A stretch of 52,123 nucleotides of DNA, taken from positions 801,283 through 853,405 of the forward strand of contig NW_014577089.1 of assembly GCF_000485595.1 (NCBI RefSeq). Direction: 5' to 3'. This DNA comes from Priapulus caudatus (taxonomy: Eukaryota). This document shows, piece by piece, positions 38,001-52,123 of this stretch. Under the pieces are notes generated by a model. It saw only the letters and a list, made by a program, of their open reading frames with translations. It searched no databases and was not told the DNA's origin. The position numbers and the translations under genes are program-made. Position 1 is the first letter of the stretch; each line of letters opens with the position of its first letter.

Positions 38001-41000
38001 ACTGAGCGATAGAGGTAGGTACAGATAGCTAGAATGACAGACAGGGCGAGTGAGGGGCAGTTTGCGAACGGAATTTATACTAATCGAGAGGTGTTACGAA
38101 CGCAGAAAGATAGGTATGTGAAAGAAGTACAAGAAAGATGACAGGCAGAGGAAGCGAAAGTGAATGGCTTTATATGTATATAGATTTGTAGAAAAGCAAT
38201 TGCATCGTTAAGTATTCTCACATTGACGCATCACAAGATATTACCGTGTGCCCATTACATCGAGTGAACTGTTTCTGACCGATTGCTGGATAACATTACA
38301 TATTTGCATCTCATTGTCATGCGTGGTAATTCACTATAATTAATAGAATAATAGAATGCGTTAACCCTAACTCCGCTTACACCACCAACGACGAATGTCT
38401 ATTCACGGCGACAACTCTTGGTTGGCTATATAATATGCTTGCCTTATGATAGTCTATGTATACCTTAGTACGCTATAGAGCGAATTGATTGTATGCCAAA
38501 AATTGGGCCTAGCGGAGTGACAAGAGGAGTGAACTTTCGGATAGGATATCAGAACTAATATATTTATTGACATTATTAATGTTTGCGGCGCTCTCATATA
38601 TATAAGAACATATAGCGCTGATCAACCATAATGGCGACTCGAGTATAATAACATTATATACCCATTAACATGTTTCACATCAAGTACGATAAGAATCAAC
38701 GTAATAACTTCCACTGATGAAATAAGATCGGACTGCACTAAGCAATTAACGTGCGCAAGGACGCTACAAGCAGAAACTGGCACGCAAAAATACCATCTTT
38801 ACTCAAGGTTGATTATAATTACTGCTCAAATTAATTGAAAAAACTTGTGGCAGTTCATCTACATTGCATTGCTTGCCCGACGCCGAGCTGGTGATGGTCT
38901 AAATAAGCAATTCTACTATCATTGACGATCGAAACGGGCACACGCATCGTCTGACCACGGCGCATTTATAAGTACTAAGGTAGCATTGTGATGATTATAC
39001 ATGACGTGACAAAAGTTTTTAATCCGTGATCATTACATTCGGTATTACCCACATCAGCGCATTCCGCAGATCTTTCGTTTGCTACGCCTAGACAAACTTG
39101 CTCACATCAAACAATGAAAAAAATGGTGTTTTGAATTTATTGTTGACGCAACGAATTCTGGAATTTCGTTCAATAGTCTGCTGGATAAGGCTACACATAC
39201 CGACCCATCTATCCGCACACGGTTTCATATAGTGAGTGACCTGATACGGAATGATGTGGATCACTTCAATTGTTATTGATCGCGCAATTGGTTCCACCTG
39301 CACTTTTATGGCATCTAGATACCCAAGCTGTCCGCATCAGCTACGACGATACGGGCAGGCTAACTGATGGATCCTAAATCACGCTAACAATGGGAAGGGT
39401 GTCATCGGCTTTGCCCGCGATAACGTTCTGGAGACACAGTCCAGTAACGTTTATAATTTGCTTGGAGGTGGATGCACATACCTTATGCACACATGGCAAA
39501 GAATATTCAAAAAGTAAAAGTGAGATCACTAAGGCGTGAAATAAAGCGCAGTATAAATCTGAAAGTATTCATCTCGGGATCCAAATTCAAAAGGTGATTT
39601 GCAGATTTTGTAGGAAAGAAACAGAGAAATTATTCACGCACATTGAAGGTTATAGACTCTCCCCTTTGCCCAACGACGGTCGCTGACGGCTAGCTGCGTC
39701 ACGTAACTGTTTTCGGCGAACAAGTATATAGGCCTACTTGTATACCATTCTATAATACACGTCATGCCATCGCTCTATTATCGCTCTTGATAAACACTAT
39801 TGTCACTGCCATGCTCGAAACAGGATGAGACAATAGACCGTGCAGAGCAATAAACAGTAATTATATGTCGTTGTTTACGCGATGTGTAATGATCACCATC
39901 TTTCTTATCACCATTAAACCAATATGTGACTTTCAAATGTAAAATTTGGTTTAGCATTGAGTGGAAAGATATGCCTATATGCGCGCTCGGAAACTGCAGA
40001 TTTAATTCAAGAAGCTTGACAAGTAAAATTTTTCAAGGTATAGGAAGCTCAACCGAAATCGATCAAATCTGCTTGTGGGTTGAAACAGTGCGGGTTTATC
40101 TGAAATAATATCGTTAACTACTCAACCGTATGACCCAGCACCGAGCTATGACCATGATGTAGGTGTTAACCGCTTCTTGTTGTCGTTACAACGACACATC
40201 GGGTACTTAATGACGGTATTCGAACCGCTACGTGTATAGAGATTATAGTGCATTGTAGCCCACCATGGTTGCTACGCTGCGACCATGTAGGTCGGCGTCA
40301 CACAGATTGGCAACCAGTATATGTGGCAACATAGCATACACCCGCAATCGTGTTTGCGACCGCGTAATCCTGGCAAGGTCGCGTCATGCATGCCCATCAT
40401 CTTAGGTTAGGTCACGCACGCTACAAGTGTTGTGAACTCGACCGGCTTGCCTCCCCACGGAGTTTCTATTTGTGTCACGTAAGGGTCAGTGCGGGCCATT
40501 GGCAATGTCAGTATTACGTAAAGCAAATTACACATAGCTGTTTACAGCCGTACGATAGGCGTAGCTATAGGCCTACGTAGACAATAGAATTATGTCAATT
40601 ATTCTGGAATCTTTGCGCAGAATAGAGCGACCAGTGTGTGCGTGTGTGTATGCGCGTGTGCGTGCGTGCGCACGCGCGAGTGTGTGAAAAGCTATATGAT
40701 TTACTAAACCATCGTGGTTTGCCGATTGCATGTTATATCTTATAATCGCCCGTGCCTATTAGTTACTATCGTGCATACACGATAGGGGTTTCAGATACTT
40801 TCCATTGTTACACCAAAATGTTTTTAATTGCACTTTAAAAGTAGCGATTTTATATGTTGGGTTTGAGGTTCTGCCGTGAGCTAACCATATTTCTCTCTCG
40901 AGGACTATATCGTGAGCGTATAATTGGCGCGTACGTGACACCGGCCAATCATAGAAATACTCTGTATAAATATTCTGTATATTGTTTCTCTTTCGATTGA

Positions 41001-42099
41001 TCAACATACGCACAGCGTTTATGCGCACGTGGATGTGCAGGTGCACGCGACTATAAATATGTAGGTACCTACATATTATCAGAAGTAGATAATATTACTA
41101 CTATTGATATATTGATATGTCTCAGCGTATATTCGTAATGTGTGCATGCGCGTGTAAAGCTTTATGCGTGATGTGCGTGCTCGATGTCGGTATATGCGCT
41201 CACGACATATTATTCAAGTTAGCAAATATTAATCCTAACCAACGTGCACGCGGCGCGCTAATGGCTACAAACTGAAAAACGCACGAGTTACACTAATCAT
41301 ATAGTTTGGAGCGCCGCAAACACGTGGTTACCGCCAACCTTTCTTACAATGGAACAAGAGGCTATTCATATAACTCGCTCAATATGTGCCAAGACGATAA
41401 GTAATCATAGGGCGGCTGTGAGCAACGACCGACGATGGTCACCTAAACAGGGCGCCTACTCACGAGCGCGCCTAGATATGCAGCCGAAGTAGGTACAGGT
41501 CGCAGTTGAGTCTCACCTGCTTCTAAATACAGGGGACAATAGTGCAATATACGAGCCGAAAGTCTGACGAAGTTAGATAGTTGTTATAGTTAGCCGCAGC
41601 GGTATAGGGAATGAGGGTAAAACATGAATGGTTCCGACTCACCGCTAGAAAATTACAGACGATCGCTCGATATAACAAAAATTCGGGACGGTTTTCGAAA
41701 ATCTAGAGCTCATATATCTGCAATTAGTCTCACAGGTCGGTTCGACACAATGCAGTCAACTGTCTCTTACTTTGGACTTTAAGTCCAACTTGACATGTCG
41801 TGGAATATGTGGACTAGTCGCCTTGATATTTAAAGGTGCCATCACTTTAAGCATCATCTGATTTTCGCAGGTTTTTATTTGCTTGCAGCGTCCCTTAAAA
41901 GTGTCGTTTCAATACAAATAACACGTAATGAAATGAAGTTATATTTCATAGTTTCGAGCCCGAAAAGCCCTGGGTTGGTGGAAATTTAACAATCTATTAT
42001 TCACCAAAATATATAATTACCTAAGGTATAAAATATATCTTGTGCGCTTGTATTTGCTCATTACTATATAGGGTGTTAGACGTTCAACGTTTTTCAGTA

Positions 42100-42130
<31 letters not shown>

Positions 42131-42133
<3 letters not shown>

Positions 42134-42282
42134 GGGCGATGTACAGGGGGGGGTCCAGGGGTCCGACCCCCCCCTGCTCGGCGCAGAAAACGCATCTAAG
42201 TTTTCCAGACCCCCCCTTCGCGTGCTCCCAAGTTTGGGTTACGGTTAGACCCCCCCTGGTACAAATCCTGTACACGCCCCTG
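42131..42282. mobile_element. Non-autonomous DNA element (hAT-like termini CAGGGGCG..TGTACAGG / CCTGTACACGCCCCTG) inside a (TA)n tract
   Basis: 16-17 bp TIR, GC-rich interior, (TA)n on both sides. Confidence 0.8.
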
Positions 42283-42470
42283 ATATATATATATATATAC
42301 TGAACGGATATGCCATATTGGTTAAACATGCCATGCACAGGTATCAATCATACACGGATTATCTGCGACCATTAAACGTAAATTGAGTTATTTATGGATA
42401 AAATCAATGCTCACTCGTTCATGCAGTCACTAATTATCAGCTAAACTGTAAATCATTTGCAGCATATTAT

Positions 42471-42519
42471 CAAGAGCGTATAAAGAAAGATTATTTATTC
42501 CCTTCTTTATACGCTCTTG
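42471..42519. mobile_element. 49-bp minimal member of the same CAAGAGCGTA MITE family
   Basis: 17-bp perfect TIR CAAGAGCGTATAAAGAA; perfect 7-bp TSD ATATTAT. Confidence 0.8.
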
Positions 42520-45500
42520 ATATTATTCTGCCCTCACGCGTAAACTGGCACGGCCATTTTCACAAATATCCAGAGGCAAAATGCCGAAATAGACCGGTGT
42601 TATTGCCGTCAAACAAAAAAATAGTCGTTGCTTTTCCTGTAATGATCGCATGCGTGAGGTTACGAGCGCACACAGCTGTCAAAGTGTGTTCTTTAATGTT
42701 CTCTAAACAGCATCCATCATCTATACTGATATCACAGCGGACCGTGGCGATCGCAGAACCCGGAGTTCCGGCGGTCTATTATTTACCCCAGAGTACCGGC
42801 CACTTTCGACGTGAAAAGTGAATTTGTAGCCGACGAGGTACACTGTGGGGCAATAGGTCATGTGCGCGGTGTTCTCCTCTCTTCTCTCGCTGGATTAGGC
42901 GAAGATTTTCCATGCCATCGCGCGGGACTACATACGATGCGTACGAAATTTGTAAGACACTAGCATATATAGAGGGGCGGTTGGAATATGTCACGGCGGA
43001 CACAATGCGCTGATGCGCTTTCGTACTTTTACGCCACACCGCTCGTGCGCGCGCACGTGTGCATTGTTCGTAGTTTTTATCTACGATCTCGGTCGCCGTT
43101 CCCCGACCCTACAATGTTGACAATAGCCACGTCCACAGCCCATCTTCGCCGCTGTTCGAAACGCCAACAACCCCTCCCACCAGCACCACTACATCTACCA
43201 TTTGTGTATATGAAAGCGCGAGTACATCGAGGTCAGGTCAGTGAGTGTTCTCTCCCCTACGATAATTCATCAGCTAGAGGCGTTCAGCGCCGACGACGAC
43301 GACGATGGCAAATACCTTCGGCTTTGTGCAGCGCCTCATAGAAAGAGGCGAAGAGCCGACTTGCGAGTCTTAATTAATTACTTGATAGCGAAACGGGGGG
43401 GGGGAGGGTAAAATAGGGGAGGGGAGGGGTATAAAATCGGGCAGGGAAATACACCGTCAGCGTCAGTTTAATCAGATTAGACGGAGGTCTACAATGAAAC
43501 GCCGAGATGTAATTTAAACGGCGGGATCATAATCAAAATGGGGGATTTACATTTTTACCCAATTTTATTCTCAGACCATTATATTCTTGTAAGTATAGTC
43601 CACGATGTGTAAGAGGAATAAGGCATGCATACGACAATGACGAATAGTATGTGGGGCAATAAATTTAACAGAGATGGCAGAAACGGGTTAAAACTTCGCT
43701 GGCGTAGACGAAAGACGAATAAAATAAAGGCACGAATGACAGAAAGGAGAGAAAAAGAAATGTAGTGACAAGAGAATACAAAGAAAGAAAGAGAGAGAGA
43801 GAGAGACAGTGACAGAGAGAAGATAAACTTCTCGTTGTTAGAAGTGTTCACGCAGGGTATGTTGACGTTACATCCCCACATGTGTCTAGTTTATACGCCA
43901 AGTAAAACGCCCGTACACTGGATGTAGCTATAAATCTTACAAATGAAAAATATTTATTTTTTCCATCATCGCACATAACCACAAGATTACGCAGCCGACA
44001 ATTGCAGTATTTGCTCACTGGAAAGTGTAGCATAGTGCGAAAACACCTAGTCACAGCCCTTCACCACCTCAATAGTACACTCTATAGTTTCACCGCGGTG
44101 AGAATAATAAATAATCAGATAAAATTGCCGTAATTACCAGCGGATTATTAACAATAATTACACCACCAACAATAGCCGAGATATCACATCGTGTAATCCG
44201 CCTTCAGCCCACCCTCGCGCTCTCCATGCTGCGGGTATAGTAGCATCACTAGTCAGGGAGCAACATAGTGACAAGTACAGACCGGCAAACCGACGCTATA
44301 TCACAGACACTTTCTTCGCAACTACACGATCGGCAGTTTCAATATGTGATCGAGGTAATGTCTGCTTGCAATGAACCACCGCTCCCGCCTACCACGACCT
44401 TTCGATTTCGTCAACAAACGAGTCTATTAAACGCGTGTGTCGACGGCGCTGGTATGCATTGAGTGAGACAAGCAAGCCGCTGCTCGCTTCCCCCCCTGCC
44501 GTGTGCCGCCGAAGGGAAGCGGCTAATCGTCTGCTAAACAGTGGGCGTCTGTCTCGCCGTCGTTGTCTGTGTCAGCGCTGCTGAGTCTTTCCACACCGCC
44601 TCTCGCCCGCACACCTATAATACCGCTCGCTAGCTCTACGGCACACAGCCCAGTGCTTCTTCACACGTAGCCTTCACACGCGTCATCGTCGTCATCATCG
44701 GCATCATCCGTAAGCCATGCAACCCATATTACGTAAGGGGGGCCTGACGCGCGCAATCTCCGCCCGTGAAATAGTTCCGCCTGCGTCGTACCCCTTATCG
44801 GATGTAGGTGAAGGCCAGGCGGCCAACATCCACCACGCACGAGAATCTGAATTCATCGGCGTTTATTAAAACGGAAATAAAAACACGCGCAACAGTGACA
44901 GCATTCAGTAAACACGAACACTCTTTCTGTGCGAATGTCTGCGTGACGCGTTTCGTGCTCCGCCGGGTGACACCCACGCCCAATTTTTCTCTTCAATTCG
45001 AAAATACCCAACAATACGCCTACCTGTCTACGCTTACGATTTACTATGTCTTTGATACGTCTGGCTTTCGATTTGAAATATATTTCGACCGAAATAGTTT
45101 GTAACATCACGCACAAACGCTCACGCCTAGAGAGAGAATTGGACCGATGGGAAAGTTTTCTAAACATTCTTTCACTTTTGACAAATCGTTAACTACTTAG
45201 CAAGTGACAGGGCAGACAGTAAAATTCGATTACATAGCTACTGGGTGTAACTTTTAAACCGTTATCAATTAGTCACGTTCGAAAACAACCACGTCATTCA
45301 TTCTGGAATGTGAGCTTAGTGTTGTTGTCCTGTTTTACCATCAATACAAATGACTGCCAGGTCGAATGGCGTGGGGGTAGTGTGTAACACTATGGTGACA
45401 CTTACGCGAGGACCAGCCTGGAACAAGTTACCATTACATACTCTGGTGCCACCGGCAACCCTCTAAAATACACTCCAATGTCTTACTATATACTGCGAAA

Positions 45501-46273
45501 CGAAATCTAATCTCAACAGAGAAGGACGCTATTGATCACTATATAACCAAAGTATACATTGTCTGACTGCATCCGACCAATGACTAAATACCAGCACCAA
45601 TCTTCCTGAGATCGAGTGAACCTCATTCAAATTTCACTCTACCCTTTCACTTCGCAGTGAATATATCAATCAGCGCTTGGCACAATACACGATTGACGAT
45701 TGACGATGACGACACAAAATTGTGTAAGAAAAACAAATCGGAGGTATATGATTTGTTACGGCTGTAACATCTCCACAATTATCTTTTGGCCGTGTGAAGG
45801 CATTTAGATCATTCTCTTCTCGATTAACCATTCTCGCCCCCCTGTACTGATGTTATGGTTACAAGTGTCCAATGCATATTTAATATGAATTTGCACGGAT
45901 ACATTCACCTCTATATCATGATTGGGTAAGAGGTATTCCTGCCGTTTGTAATCATTTAAGATCTATGCTTCTCAAGTGGGAAAGTCTTCCAAGTTTCCAT
46001 ATCATATGAAAGTGTGTTGCGTGTTAGGGTTATAGCAAGTGTTCCATGTTTTCTCCGCCATGTTTATGGAGTGATCCATGTTCCCACGTGATGGGTAGAA
46101 ATGCTTCCTGTCATCGTATTGAGGACGTACTTCATGCTCGTTCATGCCGTCTAGACAACTTCACTGTCTCCATTCTAGATTCAAGTCTCCATGCCACATT
46201 CTCGCAACGCACGCCACTGCTTGGCTCTGTGCTTCCAATGTCTTCCACCTCTCTCTGCTCTCGCGTAATTGCT

Positions 46274-51339
<5,066 letters not shown>

Positions 51340-51438
51340 CTAAAAGTACAAGTGTAGGTGTCTGTACCGAAAATATCTCTAATCAACATTTTTCGACATC
51401 GGTCTATAGCAACAGGTCTAGACTGATGAGTCATAAAT

Positions 51439-51560
51439 CAAGGCTCGACACTAGCGGTGGCCCGGTGGCCCGGGGCCACCAAAACTTGATGTCGGGCCAC
51501 TAAAATTTCCAAAAGTTAAAATTTGGTGGCCCGATCGGGCCACTAAAATTTCAAAGTGTC
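51439..51560. mobile_element. hAT-like transposon terminus with GGTGGCCC/GGGCCAC subterminal repeats
   Basis: CAAGGCTCGACAC start followed by 6 direct/inverted copies of the motif; partner end not seen. Confidence 0.55.
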
Positions 51561-52034
51561 TATGTGATAAAAATAATTGTTTCTTACGTGCTAATCTCAT
51601 TCAAAAGAGAGCGAGCAATTCGCGGAGCGAGGGCACACGTACGCACGTGCAGCATTCTACCACGGGCATACACGGGCGCACCATTTATCGATCGTCTACT
51701 GCGGCTGCAACAAGCCACGTTATTGTGTTAGACTGGTATCCGGCCTCACGCTCTGCTAGACAATGTACACGCTCTGCGACAAACAGTGCGGCCGCGAACC
51801 AGTCTAGCCAGAGGTCAAAATCTGAGCGGGCGCAGGCCATAGCATATTTGCAAGCGCCAGCATACATGTGATTACATTGTATCAAGCGAACCAGACAATA
51901 CGCCTGTCTGCAGTGTACTGTGGAGGCGTATGTAAAATGAACGCAAGCGATGAGAGTTTCGAAGGCAAACAATTGTCATAATAAAAAAATGATGAAATTT
52001 CTTCCTTTTTTGATGTATTTTGTTAAAAATGTTA

Positions 52035-52120
52035 AAAATACGGGACACACATGCGTCCCGGGGAGGGTCGGTACGGGACGCGAGACACATGGGCAAAATA
52101 CGGGACGTCTGGTCACCCTG
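52035..52120. mobile_element. hAT (Blackjack-like) terminus ...CGGGACGTCTGGTCACCCTG
   Basis: Reverse complement CAGGGTGACCAGACGTCCCG, with repeated CGGGAC subterminal motifs. Confidence 0.65.
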
Positions 52121-52123
52121 ATT

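Noticed and set aside
35190..38028. Poly-K and poly-ER ORFs
   Set aside because: (TTC)n and (GA)n microsatellite translations.

Overview
Intron-rich, microsatellite-laden animal genomic DNA with three N-gaps; it looks invertebrate and probably lophotrochozoan, though taxonomy is an inference. I reconstructed three spliced genes by hand. (1) + strand, 5'-partial ESRP/fusilli splicing regulator: 11 coding exons from 1390 to 18519, encoding the end of the DnaQ/DEDDh-like domain plus FOUR complete qRRMs. It has a 5.9-kb U12 (minor) GT-AG intron and a probable ~4-kb 3'UTR with clustered miR-124 seed sites and a GGU-rich block. (2) - strand, complete 7-exon, 524-aa secreted chitin-deacetylase-like gene (signal peptide-CBM14-LDLa-CE4) in which the canonical metal-binding and catalytic Asp/His residues are substituted, so it is probably a pseudo-enzyme. 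(3) - strand, the last three exons of DEF8. The rest is MITEs and hAT ends, mini/microsatellites and a ~14-kb interval with only weak signs of a spliced non-coding or small-ORF transcript. No rRNA, tRNA or CRISPR was recognised.
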